Of a stretch of 64,000 nt of DNA, positions 10,548 to 19,515 are shown in pieces. How positions within the stretch are numbered: the stretch's first letter is position 1; the number at the start of each line of letters is the position of its first letter. The position numbers and the translations under genes were made by a program. The DNA comes from Desulfotignum sp. GTDB taxonomy: Bacteria; Desulfobacterota; Desulfobacteria; Desulfobacterales; Desulfobacteraceae. The notes under the pieces are model-generated. The model was not told the origin of the DNA, ran no database searches, and saw nothing but the letters and a program-made list of their open reading frames with translations. Where the stretch lies: the NCBI GenBank assembly GCA_046260585.1, contig JBHEOW010000001.1:45242-109241 (forward strand), given 5' to 3'.

Positions 10548-11315
10548 ATGGATTCAAAACAAATCTTCACAGAGCAAATGGTGCTGCCATACTCAGCTAT
10601 GGCTGCCAACAATCATATCCGCCTGGACCGTATACTCACGCTTTTCCAGGATGCAGCAGCCATGCATGCCCTTGCGCTGGGAGTCAGCGGGCAGGATCTG
10701 GAAAAAATCGGATTCAAATGGCTTATTTCCAGATACCAGATCCGCGTGCATGAATCTTTGCAACTGGCCCAGTCCTTTACACTGAAAACCTGGCGGCTTC
10801 CCTGGAAAAATCTGTATGAACTGCGGCAGTTCACCATTGAAAACACCAATGGTTCCCTTGTTATTTCCGCATTGGGGGTATGGGTCATGGTCAACGCCGC
10901 AAATTCAAAACCCGTACGGCTGACACCCAACATGCCGGCTGACCTGATGGCAAAAACAGCCACTGCCCCGGATTTATGGCCAAATAATCCGGACCTCTCC
11001 GAATATGACCAAAAAAAACAGTTTCACGTCAGGATGCATGATCTGGACTTGAACCAGCACGTCAACCATACGGTGTATGTAACCTGGGCCATGGAAAGTT
11101 TACCCATATCCTGGTTGTTCCGTCACACGCCCCGGACCCTGGTTGTCTCCTATCTCAAAGAATCTTTTTATCCGGATGTGGTGGTCGTGAAAACAAGCCT
11201 ATCAGAAACGGCAGGATCTTTGAAAACCTGTCATGCCATTTTTCATGAAGCCAGCGGTGCCAGACTGGCATGCCTCACCCTCACATGGAGCAAAATATCC
11301 CATGGGCCTGTTTGA
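10548..11315 (+). CDS. acyl-[acyl-carrier-protein] thioesterase
   Basis: 255 aa with a double hot-dog layout. The LDLNQHVNHTVY motif is typical of FatA/B-type acyl-ACP thioesterases. The ATG lies 1 nt after the upstream stop. Confidence 0.8.
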   Translation: MDSKQIFTEQMVLPYSAMAANNHIRLDRILTLFQDAAAMHALALGVSGQDLEKIGFKWLISRYQIRVHESLQLAQSFTLKTWRLPWKNLYELRQFTIENTNGSLVISALGVWVMVNAANSKPVRLTPNMPADLMAKTATAPDLWPNNPDLSEYDQKKQFHVRMHDLDLNQHVNHTVYVTWAMESLPISWLFRHTPRTLVVSYLKESFYPDVVVVKTSLSETAGSLKTCHAIFHEASGARLACLTLTWSKISHGPV

Positions 11316-11796
11316 TATGAAGGATCCGAATCTGGAAAAAGCCATTCACATTGCGGTCAAATACCTTGGATACAGACCCCGCAGTGAACAGGAGGTCACC
11401 AATCATCTTGCAAAAAAAAACATCGATAAAAACATAATTGTAACCGTTATTGATCTGTTGAAACGCTATGATTATCTCAATGATGAAACTTTTGCCACAC
11501 TGTTTATTGAAAACCGCAAAAGGCATTCTCCCAAATCAAAATTCGCCCTGGGATATGAATTGAAACAAAAAGGGGTTTGCTCCGGCATACGGGAAAAATT
11601 GCTTGCAGACTACAACGATGCATCCATGGCAAAAAAAGCACTCGGGGTCAAAATGGGCCAATGGCAGCATTTTGACCTGGAAATCCAAAAAAAAAAGGCG
11701 ATGAATTTTCTGCGCTACCGGGGATTTGGGTATGAAGCATGTATGGCGGCATGGGAAGATGTTGCGGCAGATCAGGGATATGATTTCCCGGCCTGA
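11302..11796 (+). CDS. recX: RecX family regulatory protein
   Basis: The sequence AIHIAVKYLGYRPRSEQEVTNHLAKK.. and the three-repeat helical organisation are typical of RecX. I chose ATG 11302 (GGAG 11 nt upstream); ATG 11317 is an alternative. No recA lies upstream in this window. Confidence 0.8.
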   Translation: MGLFDMKDPNLEKAIHIAVKYLGYRPRSEQEVTNHLAKKNIDKNIIVTVIDLLKRYDYLNDETFATLFIENRKRHSPKSKFALGYELKQKGVCSGIREKLLADYNDASMAKKALGVKMGQWQHFDLEIQKKKAMNFLRYRGFGYEACMAAWEDVAADQGYDFPA

Positions 11797-11981
11797 AAAC
11801 AGGCAATAGGAAAAAAACTATCCAATATTGGGCAAAAATATTCCGTTTATTATAACTTTATTTTCCATTATTTACCTGTGGTGTAAATCATCCTGAATCA
11901 CATTCTACAAATCGAACCATTTTCTAACATCCGACTAATGGGGAATACCGGTGATTGCTACGGGTATAGAATTTATCAAAC

Positions 11982-12009
11982 TTGACTCGGGTATATTTTT
12001 TGCATAATC
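11982..12009 (+). promoter_or_regulatory. candidate promoter of the PilZ gene (sigma-70-like TTGACT..CATAAT, overlapping a sigma-54-like GG-N10-GC element)
   Basis: TTGACT is at 11982-11987 and CATAAT at 12003-12008, but the spacer is a short 15 nt. The same DNA reads GGGTATATTTTTTGCA, with GG at 11990-91, exactly 10 nt, then TTGCA at 12000-04, matching the -24/-12 spacing. Confidence 0.35.
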
Positions 12010-12077
12010 TTTTCCAATGACAACGGAAACCCTGAACAGCTAACCCCAATTACACTGAATCGACAAGGAACCTTCTT

Positions 12078-12491
12078 ATGGTTGGCAGAAAGAGAACGGT
12101 TGAAAGAAGGAAAAACAAGCGGTATAAAGCAGTGGAAGGTGCCTATGCCGCCATAAGTCCAAAATCCCGGAAACTTGGTCAGATTATCGATATCAGTATG
12201 GGGGGACTGTGTTTTAAATACATTGATACCAGTAAGACAGACGACGGACAGGATGAACAACTGCCGGAAGAAACCGTTTTTTTAAGCAGCATGGGGTATT
12301 ATGTGGGAGATCTTCCGTTTAAAACTATTGATGATTATGAGGTAACCAATACACCCTCCTTCAGTTCCATGAAGGTGCGGAAACGGCATGTACAGTTTAC
12401 GGATTTGAGTTTCAAACAATTGTTCGACCTGGACTATTATCTGCGCAACAATGTAGCAGAGCAGGTGGAACCACCGCCCCAGCAGCACTAG
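12078..12491 (+). CDS. PilZ domain protein (c-di-GMP receptor type)
   Basis: RxxxR motif (ERRKNKR) is followed about 30 aa later by D/NxSxxG (DISMGG). Stand-alone 137-aa protein with an AAGGAA RBS. Confidence 0.8.
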   Translation: MVGRKRTVERRKNKRYKAVEGAYAAISPKSRKLGQIIDISMGGLCFKYIDTSKTDDGQDEQLPEETVFLSSMGYYVGDLPFKTIDDYEVTNTPSFSSMKVRKRHVQFTDLSFKQLFDLDYYLRNNVAEQVEPPPQQH

Positions 12492-12512
12492 TGCTGCATC
12501 AGGCCTTTATCT

Positions 12513-15347
12513 TCAATTTTCAGGCAGAATCCGAATGATGGCAGAAGTATTCAGATCAAGATATTTTTTTGCCATTTCACCCAGATCTTCAGAGGTGATG
12601 GATGCATACGCTGGAATGATGGTTTTTGCCCATTGCAGTTTTTCAGGATGGTTCCACGAATCAGTCATGACCGAATGCAGCCAGTAGGTATTGGTCTGTT
12701 TTAGATCCTTGAGCTGGCTGAGAACCGGATTCAATGCCAGTTCCACTTCCCGGGGGGTAATCCCGTTCAGAACAATATCTGTGACGATATCCCGCATGGT
12801 TTGCTCAACCAGCTCCCTGTTTTCTTCTGACACCGGCACAACCATCTGCATAACACCATATCCTTCATGGGCCATGGACGGATGGTTAAACACATAGGGA
12901 GAATAAACGGTCCCCAGTTTTTCACGGATGATTTTTCGAAGGCGTTCGGAAATCACCTTTGACAATAGGGACAATTTACGGGTCTGCTGAATATCCCAGA
13001 AATCATCGGTAAGAAAAGCAATCCGGAGCACCCCTTTGTCTATTTTGGTGTCCGGGGAAAGCGTCAGTTCTTCCCCTTTGGAAAATAATACCGGGGCCGG
13101 GGTACAGATTGGTTCGGCATTTCTTTTTGCTTCAAATCCCCCCAGATGGGTAAGTGCCTGTGAAATCACCGTGTCTGCTTTGACATCTCCGACCATGGAA
13201 ATCTCGATGGCATTTTTGGCAAAATTCGGCGCCAGCCAGGAGCGGATATCCTTCAGTGTAATCTGGTCCACATCATCGGGATGGGCCATTCCGAACAATG
13301 GATTTCCGCTGGCCAGAAACCGGTTGCCATGGATACGCATGATACCGTCAGGCGTTCGTTTCAGCGCGTCATACATTTGGCGGTATTGGGTTTTGGCAAG
13401 CTCAAGTCCTTCCGGTCTGAACCCGGGATCAAAAAAATGGGCATAAATAAGCTGAAACACCAGCCCGATCTCTTCCGGGTCTGCAGTTCCTTCCAGAGAA
13501 AAATACGCATCTTCGACAGTGAACGAAATACTGACATCTCTGCCGGCCAGTGCCTCTTTGAGCTGATCCGGATTCATGGCACCCAATCCGCTCAGGCGCA
13601 CGGTCTGCTGGCTGATATGGGAAAGGCCGGGAACGTCCATAGGTTGGCATGCCCTGCCCCTGCCGAAAACCACTTTGAATAAAACCTGCTCTTTTTGAAA
13701 ATCCGTATGTTTGAGGTTGAGGCGAATATCATTATCAAGATCAATGACAGTAATGCCCAGATCGTTTACATTTTTTTGTTCTTGTGCAATCCGGGCCGGG
13801 GTATCTGGAACCGGAAGATAGGGAAATGTTTTGGATTCCATAGGCTCAAAAAGATCCGCCGGCTGCCGGCGGCTTTTCATATAGGCGTTGCGTATTTTGT
13901 CTTCAGCGGAAAAAGAGCCCCAAGGAGCAATGTCTGCATTGCCGGTTACCAGAACCAGCCTGTGATCCGGTTTCCAGGCCTTTGTGAATGCCTGGTTTAC
14001 CTGCTCCAGAGACAATTTTTCCACATAGGGACCCAGCAGTTCTTTTTTTTGTTCAGGAGACAAAAACAGTTTTTTGTTTTGAATAGCGTGCAAAAGCAAC
14101 CTGGCCAGCCGGGCGGTTTTACGGGTATCAGCCTGTTTGACAGCCGCATCCAGTTGCGAAATATAATCTGCTTTGACCCGGTCCAGTTCTTTTTGGGTAA
14201 AACCGGATGCAAGGGCCTGGCGCAATGTCTTTTCCAGCTGGGCCAGACTGGCTTCCCAGTTTTCAGGTTTGCAGTCAGCTTTGACGGCAGCCATGGAAAC
14301 ATGCTGCAAAAAAGTACCGGAGTAAACAGAAGCAGAAGAAAATGCTGCTGTCTGCTGCCTGAGCATATTGGACAATCGGTTTTGAAGCATGGTATCGGCA
14401 AGATTTTGGACCAGATCCTGTTTGCGCTGCTCTATGGTTTCGAGAGAAAAATCAGTGTATTCAATCCGCTCGATGGTGACTTCAGTATTGCCGGCCTCTG
14501 GTTCATGAAAATAAAAAGGGGTTATGCCGTCATGGGGAACCCATGCAATGTCAGATGGTTCAGGGCAATCCTTTGAAGGCCGCGGCTGCAGTGATCTGAA
14601 CCGCTTTTGTATGAGTTCTTGGACTTTGTGAATATCCATATCCCCCACCATAACGAGAACCATATTATCGGGCCGGTACCAGCAGTCATAAAATTGTTTG
14701 AGCAGGTCTCTGTCAGCAGCTTTGATTACGGGTTCAATGCCGATGGGAAGCCGCTGGTTCAAAATGGATCCAGGCAGTTCAAAGGCAAGGGTCTGTTTAA
14801 AGGTTTGATAAGAGACAGAATCGCGTTCCTGTTTTTCAGCCAGAATGATCCCGCGTTCTTTTTCAATCTCCTCTTCCTGAAGCAACGCTCCTTTGGCATA
14901 ATCTGCAATCACCAGCAGAGCATCTTCCAGATGGGCCTGGTCGCCTTTGGGCAGGCGCAAATCATACACCGTATGAAAAAACGAGGTACTGGCATTGACA
15001 TCGGCACCAAAGTCCATTCCAATGGACTGGAAATAGGCCACCAGCTCTCCGGGTTTGAAATGTTCCGTTCCGTTAAACAGCATATGTTCCAGAAAATGGG
15101 CTACTCCCTGCTGTTTTTGTGTTTCATGAACTGATCCGGCAAACACATTCAAATGGATACTGACCCGGTCTTCGGGGGTTTTATTTTTCATGAGAACATA
15201 TTGGAACCCATTGGCCAGGACCCCGTGGACCAGTGCAGGATCCCGGGGCACATTCTGGTATGAAAACGGCACCAAATGTTTCGGAGCGCAGGAAACAACA
15301 GCAACCCAGATCAGAACCAGATATATGTAATTGGTATATTTTTTCAC
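12513..15347 (-). CDS. M16 (pitrilysin/insulinase) family zinc peptidase, double-length
   Basis: Inverted zinc motif HFLEHMLFNGT. At 944 aa it has four M16-like half-domains. It has a GTG start and a lipoprotein-like N-terminus (LVLIWVAVVSC). Confidence 0.85.
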   Translation of the reverse strand: MKKYTNYIYLVLIWVAVVSCAPKHLVPFSYQNVPRDPALVHGVLANGFQYVLMKNKTPEDRVSIHLNVFAGSVHETQKQQGVAHFLEHMLFNGTEHFKPGELVAYFQSIGMDFGADVNASTSFFHTVYDLRLPKGDQAHLEDALLVIADYAKGALLQEEEIEKERGIILAEKQERDSVSYQTFKQTLAFELPGSILNQRLPIGIEPVIKAADRDLLKQFYDCWYRPDNMVLVMVGDMDIHKVQELIQKRFRSLQPRPSKDCPEPSDIAWVPHDGITPFYFHEPEAGNTEVTIERIEYTDFSLETIEQRKQDLVQNLADTMLQNRLSNMLRQQTAAFSSASVYSGTFLQHVSMAAVKADCKPENWEASLAQLEKTLRQALASGFTQKELDRVKADYISQLDAAVKQADTRKTARLARLLLHAIQNKKLFLSPEQKKELLGPYVEKLSLEQVNQAFTKAWKPDHRLVLVTGNADIAPWGSFSAEDKIRNAYMKSRRQPADLFEPMESKTFPYLPVPDTPARIAQEQKNVNDLGITVIDLDNDIRLNLKHTDFQKEQVLFKVVFGRGRACQPMDVPGLSHISQQTVRLSGLGAMNPDQLKEALAGRDVSISFTVEDAYFSLEGTADPEEIGLVFQLIYAHFFDPGFRPEGLELAKTQYRQMYDALKRTPDGIMRIHGNRFLASGNPLFGMAHPDDVDQITLKDIRSWLAPNFAKNAIEISMVGDVKADTVISQALTHLGGFEAKRNAEPICTPAPVLFSKGEELTLSPDTKIDKGVLRIAFLTDDFWDIQQTRKLSLLSKVISERLRKIIREKLGTVYSPYVFNHPSMAHEGYGVMQMVVPVSEENRELVEQTMRDIVTDIVLNGITPREVELALNPVLSQLKDLKQTNTYWLHSVMTDSWNHPEKLQWAKTIIPAYASITSEDLGEMAKKYLDLNTSAIIRILPEN

Positions 15348-15382
15348 TTGTCCGGCGTTACCCTTTTTGACCTTATCCGTCT

Positions 15383-17275
15383 TTAATTGATAAATTGGGG
15401 ATCAATTTCAATGTTGCTGTTTTTTTTGAGTTCCTCAATCCATGCCTGATAATATTGTCCCTGTTTGGCCTGCAAAAGCTGTTGTTTGATATCTGGGAGA
15501 TTCTTTTGGATTTTACCGGATTCAGGCACCTGTTTTTCCTTGAAACCAATGACAAAAAATCCCTGATCTGTTTTCAACACATTCGGATATAAGGAATTTT
15601 CCGGGGTCAGTGAAAAAGCGGCAGTGGCAAAATCAGCAGATCTGCCCACTTCCTGAATGGAATCATTGCGGGTAAACAATGGGGTGGAAGCAAGGTTCAG
15701 GTTTTCTTCCTTGGCAAAGGTTTGCATGTTTTCAGCGGATTGTGCTGATGCAAGCAGTCCCCGGGCTTTATTTTCTGCTGCTGACATGCGAAGCTGTCGT
15801 TCAAGGGTATCGATAATTCGGTCCTCAACCGCTTCCAGGGAAAGTTGCACAGGTTCGATGGTCTCCACAACCTTGATGAGAAAATATGCATTGCCCAGCT
15901 GCTTGACATCACTTATCTGTTGTTTTTCAAGGGAAAATGCAGCATCTGCAAATTGTGCTGCCTGTTCCAGATCAAGACCGCTGCCGTTTTGATCAAAAGC
16001 ATCTGTAGAGACAACTTGTTTTTCGGAAAGCAGGGCGATCTGTTCCAGGGTATCGCCGTCAATAACGGCATCAAAAGCTTCTCCTGCCTTATAATAGGCG
16101 ATGTTCTGCATTTCCTGTTCCGTCAGCCGGGTTTTAATCTGGTCAGCTGCTTCTTCCACGGATGTAACTGCTGCATCCAACCGGTCCATTACTTTTATCA
16201 CATGCCAGCCGAATTGGGTTCTGACAGGTTCGCTGATTTCACCGGATTTCATGGAAAAGGCTTTGTCTGCAAAAGGTTTGACCATGCTGCGCTTATCGAA
16301 AGTACCCAGATAACCACCGTCTTCACTGGACGGACCCTGGGAGGTTTGTTTGGCCAGTTCAGCAAAATCTTCTCCGGCAACGGCCCGCTCATAAACCCTG
16401 AAGGCTTGCTTTTGTGCTGCTTCCACAGCCTGGTCATCCGCAGTATCATCAGTTTTGATCAGAATATGGCTGGCTTCCACCTTTTCCGGTGTTGTAAACT
16501 CATCTATATGCTGTTCATAATAGTCCTGTACCTGGGCCTTTGTAATTGTCACCTGGCTGCGGTAATCTGTGGGAGAAAACTGTAAAAAAACCGCTTTGCG
16601 TTTGGGTTCAGATGTATAATCGGCCATGTTTTCCTGGTAATGGGTCTTGATCTGGTCCTTGGTTGGTCGAATATCGGTAAATTCAGCAGGATCAACCTTT
16701 ACATAGTGCACTGCCATTTTGGTATTATGATGCTGGTAAAAGCTTTCTGCTTCCATGTCTGATACAAAAATACCGCCCAGGATCATATCCTGCACTTTCT
16801 GCTGTTTTAAGGCATTGCGCTGGAGCTGTTCAAACATCTCAGGGGTCAGTGAATTAAGGCCCAGTATCCGCTTATACTGGTCCATGTCAAACACCCCGTT
16901 TTTGTGAAACGCGTCAATGGCCAGAATAGAGGTTTCAAGTTCCCGGTCGGAAACCATAATGTTGAGTTTTTCCGCCTGGGACATCATAAGTTTCTGTTCA
17001 ATCAGGGTGTTGAGGGCCTGCTGCTTCACATTCATAGCTTTGAGCATATCATCGGTGAGATTGTCTTGAAACTGTTCCCTCATCCGCGCCACCAGATTTC
17101 TGTATGCATCCTGGAATTCGCTGACGGTAATGGGTTCATCGTTCACAGAGGCTACTGAATCATTCCGGCTTGAGTTCATGGAGCCCACACCTAGAAACAC
17201 AAACACCACCACAATAATTCCAAGAAAAATTTTGATGATCCAGTTGCCCGTATTTTCCCGCAGATAACGCAGCAT
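15383..17275 (-). CDS. ppiD: periplasmic chaperone / peptidyl-prolyl isomerase PpiD
   Basis: N-terminal anchor (WIIKIFLGIIVVVFVFLGV), SurA-N-like region and a parvulin domain (ASHILIK..FGWHVIKV). The start is placed at the second ATG, with AAGGAG 6 nt upstream; the track starts at 17290. Confidence 0.85.
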   Translation of the reverse strand: MLRYLRENTGNWIIKIFLGIIVVVFVFLGVGSMNSSRNDSVASVNDEPITVSEFQDAYRNLVARMREQFQDNLTDDMLKAMNVKQQALNTLIEQKLMMSQAEKLNIMVSDRELETSILAIDAFHKNGVFDMDQYKRILGLNSLTPEMFEQLQRNALKQQKVQDMILGGIFVSDMEAESFYQHHNTKMAVHYVKVDPAEFTDIRPTKDQIKTHYQENMADYTSEPKRKAVFLQFSPTDYRSQVTITKAQVQDYYEQHIDEFTTPEKVEASHILIKTDDTADDQAVEAAQKQAFRVYERAVAGEDFAELAKQTSQGPSSEDGGYLGTFDKRSMVKPFADKAFSMKSGEISEPVRTQFGWHVIKVMDRLDAAVTSVEEAADQIKTRLTEQEMQNIAYYKAGEAFDAVIDGDTLEQIALLSEKQVVSTDAFDQNGSGLDLEQAAQFADAAFSLEKQQISDVKQLGNAYFLIKVVETIEPVQLSLEAVEDRIIDTLERQLRMSAAENKARGLLASAQSAENMQTFAKEENLNLASTPLFTRNDSIQEVGRSADFATAAFSLTPENSLYPNVLKTDQGFFVIGFKEKQVPESGKIQKNLPDIKQQLLQAKQGQYYQAWIEELKKNSNIEIDPQFIN

Positions 17276-17429
17276 TCGCTTCTCCTTCATACACCGAATA
17301 GAATAGGTAAAAATAAAAAAAACACTCCATAATAGCCTTTCATAAAGCCTTATGTCAATATATTATCAGCGTTTTCCAATTGTTACCGGTACCAAAACAA
17401 TATATTTGCAAAAAAAATTGTTTTTTGTA

Positions 17430-17458
17430 TTGACACAGGCCCATGTTTCGATTATTAA
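17430..17458 (+). promoter_or_regulatory. sigma-70 promoter of tRNA-Ala
   Basis: TTGACA (17430-35), a 17-nt spacer and TATTAA (17453-58). An A/T-rich UP-like tract lies upstream, and the tRNA 5' end is 18 nt downstream of the -10 element. Confidence 0.55.
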
Positions 17459-17476
17459 TCAGCATCTTTCCAATGT

Positions 17477-17552
17477 GGGGCTGTAGCTCAGCTGGGAGAG
17501 CGTACGGCTGGCAGCCGTAAGGTCAGGGGTTCGATCCCCCTCAGCTCCACCA
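17477..17552 (+). tRNA. tRNA-Ala (anticodon GGC)
   Basis: A 76-nt cloverleaf folded by hand. The acceptor stem GGGGCTG/CAGCTCC includes the G3:U70 Ala identity pair. The anticodon loop is CTGGCAG, the T-loop is TTCGATC and CCA is encoded. Confidence 0.95.
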
Positions 17553-17591
17553 ATCTTTGTTTTCTTCCGTGGTTCCAGAGTGAAAAACCGG

Positions 17592-17849
17592 CTACTCCAA
17601 ATCATCTTCAGGTATGGCGTAAAGGATATGGGTTTTATTGATCAGTATCGTATGATAGCTGGCAGGTGCGGTCGGATCTCCTTTGTGCAGGGTGGCGTTG
17701 AAAACCGTTAGAAAATTTTCCTGGTAATCACCCACAAGATCGCTCAACCGGTCATAACCATTTCCCCTGTTTAAATTGACTTCTCCTCTGATCCGGGTCC
17801 CATCCACAAGTTTCATTTGCAGGGTACGGCTTTCGATGATGGTATCCAT
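17592..17849 (-). CDS. small hypothetical protein (85 aa)
   Basis: ATG with a good GGAGAA RBS. The sequence looks beta-rich (KLVDGTRIRGEVNLN..HTILINKTHILYAIPEDD). I recognise no family. It lies 150 nt downstream of degP. Confidence 0.6.
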   Translation of the reverse strand: MDTIIESRTLQMKLVDGTRIRGEVNLNRGNGYDRLSDLVGDYQENFLTVFNATLHKGDPTAPASYHTILINKTHILYAIPEDDLE

Positions 17850-17999
17850 GGTAATCTTCTCCTGAGTTTATGCTGGACGTTGGTGTAACGGTCCAGCCAA
17901 AATACTTTCCTTTGCATCAATACCCCGCTCATGGGGTGCCCGGGATAACCCGGGGTATCTGGATATTTTGCGCATCCAAAGACCCCGGGTGAAATGGTG

Positions 18000-19415
18000 T
18001 TATTTTTCAAACCGGACAACAAATACATTGCTGTTGCCCCTTCTGAACAACAGCTGGGCAATCTGTTTCTTTTGAATCCGTTCCAGCAAAGACAGGTATT
18101 CTTCAAGACTGGTCACCGGTCTTCGGTTGATCTCCATGAGCAGATCACCCGGCCGGACACCGGATTTGTCTGCCGGGGTATCGGGCTTTATCTCAGTCAC
18201 AATCAGCCCTTTGATACCCGAAGGATATCCCAGGCGCCTGGCAATTTCCCCATCCAAAGGCTTGAATTTGAATCCAAAACTATCGTAATCATCAAGGGAG
18301 GCAAGAACCTCAGGATCCTGATCCGGTCTTTCCCCCAGCTTTACCCTGACAATTTTTTCCTTGCCTTCCCGGATCAATTTGACATCAATGGTTTCATCGA
18401 CCTTGAGATTGGCAATGGTGATAGTCAGATCCCTTGAAGTGTCTATTTTTTTACCGTTGATGGCAACAATGACATCCCCGGGTTTGATACCGGCCTCATG
18501 GGCGGGATTGTCCTCATACGCCTTGGCCACATACACCCCGCCGGTATCTTTGATGCCGTAATATTCTGCCAGCTCCGGGGTAACATTCTGGATGGCCACC
18601 CCCAACCACCCCCTGGACACCTGCTGGGACTGGGTTAACTGATCAATAATGCCGGTGGCCAGATCAGAAGGAATGGCAAACCCGATTCCCTGTCCTGACC
18701 TTACAATGGCGGTGTTGATACCAATGACCTCACCATCCATGTTCAGCAGGGGCCCACCACTGTTGCCCGGGTTAATGGATGCATCGGTCTGGATAAAGTC
18801 ATCATAGGGACCGGATCCGAGTATCCGCCCTTTGGCTGAGATAATCCCTGCAGTGACGGTCTGTTCAAGGCCGAAGGGACTGCCGATGGCCACCACCCAG
18901 GACCCTATTTTCGCATCACTGGATTTGCCGAATTTCAACGGCTGCAGATTGTCTGCATCTACCTTGATAAGGGCCAGGTCGGTCATGGGGTCTGTCCCCA
19001 CAACTTTGGCATCATATTCCTGCTTGTCATGGAGTATGACTTTGATTTCATCCGCATTTTTGATCACATGGTTATTGGTTACAATATAACCGTCCCGGCT
19101 GATGATAAACCCGGATCCCAGGCTTTGTTCCTTGCGGTCCTGTGGCTGCTGGTTGAAAAAAGGAGCAAAGAATTCTTCAAGGCCTTCCCGGTTGCCAAAG
19201 GGCTGACCAAAAAAATGCTGGAATACCCGACCTCCTCCCTGGATGGTTTTAACGGTCTGGATATTTACCACTGCGGGTTTTGCTTTTCGGGCAAGATCTT
19301 GAAAATCGGCAGGTATCATCTGGGTGGTTTTTGCTGCCAACACCGGCAGTGCGGTTACCAGAAGATAGATAATCAACATCGGTAAAAGAATTTTCATATG
19401 GTTGATCTGTTTCAT
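18000..19415 (-). CDS. degP: periplasmic serine endoprotease DegP/DegQ (HtrA family), two PDZ domains
   Basis: Signal peptide, catalytic triad context (TNNHV.., D.ALIKV, GNSGGPLLN) and two PDZ-like regions. A GGAGGA RBS is present. Confidence 0.92.
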   Translation of the reverse strand: MKQINHMKILLPMLIIYLLVTALPVLAAKTTQMIPADFQDLARKAKPAVVNIQTVKTIQGGGRVFQHFFGQPFGNREGLEEFFAPFFNQQPQDRKEQSLGSGFIISRDGYIVTNNHVIKNADEIKVILHDKQEYDAKVVGTDPMTDLALIKVDADNLQPLKFGKSSDAKIGSWVVAIGSPFGLEQTVTAGIISAKGRILGSGPYDDFIQTDASINPGNSGGPLLNMDGEVIGINTAIVRSGQGIGFAIPSDLATGIIDQLTQSQQVSRGWLGVAIQNVTPELAEYYGIKDTGGVYVAKAYEDNPAHEAGIKPGDVIVAINGKKIDTSRDLTITIANLKVDETIDVKLIREGKEKIVRVKLGERPDQDPEVLASLDDYDSFGFKFKPLDGEIARRLGYPSGIKGLIVTEIKPDTPADKSGVRPGDLLMEINRRPVTSLEEYLSLLERIQKKQIAQLLFRRGNSNVFVVRFEK

Positions 19416-19515
19416 GGATAATCCTCCTTGTCAGGGTTTGTAAATTGTACCTGAAATTTGTGCAATTCATTTTGTTCAACCTGTCAATCGCTATTATAAT
19501 ACATGCGCATGACCT

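Noticed and set aside
11414-11696. A9 and A10 homopolymer runs inside recX as phase-variation switches
   Set aside because: Similar A8-A10 runs encoding Lys-Lys-Lys occur in several other genes of the window (for example 7455-7463 and around 10999-11007). They therefore reflect AAA codon preference and not a contingency locus.
13695-14576. Long antisense ORFs opposite real genes. These are 13695-14576, 15845-16585, 26898-27764, 29402-30079, 41575-42573, 43240-44058, 47080-47691, 51012-51671 and 22955-23614.
   Set aside because: Each is fully contained in, and antisense to, a gene with strong family motifs. Their translations are low-complexity or hydrophobic strings with no motifs and no RBS. 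I treat them as codon-bias shadows and not as overprinted genes, although only ribosome profiling could exclude expression.
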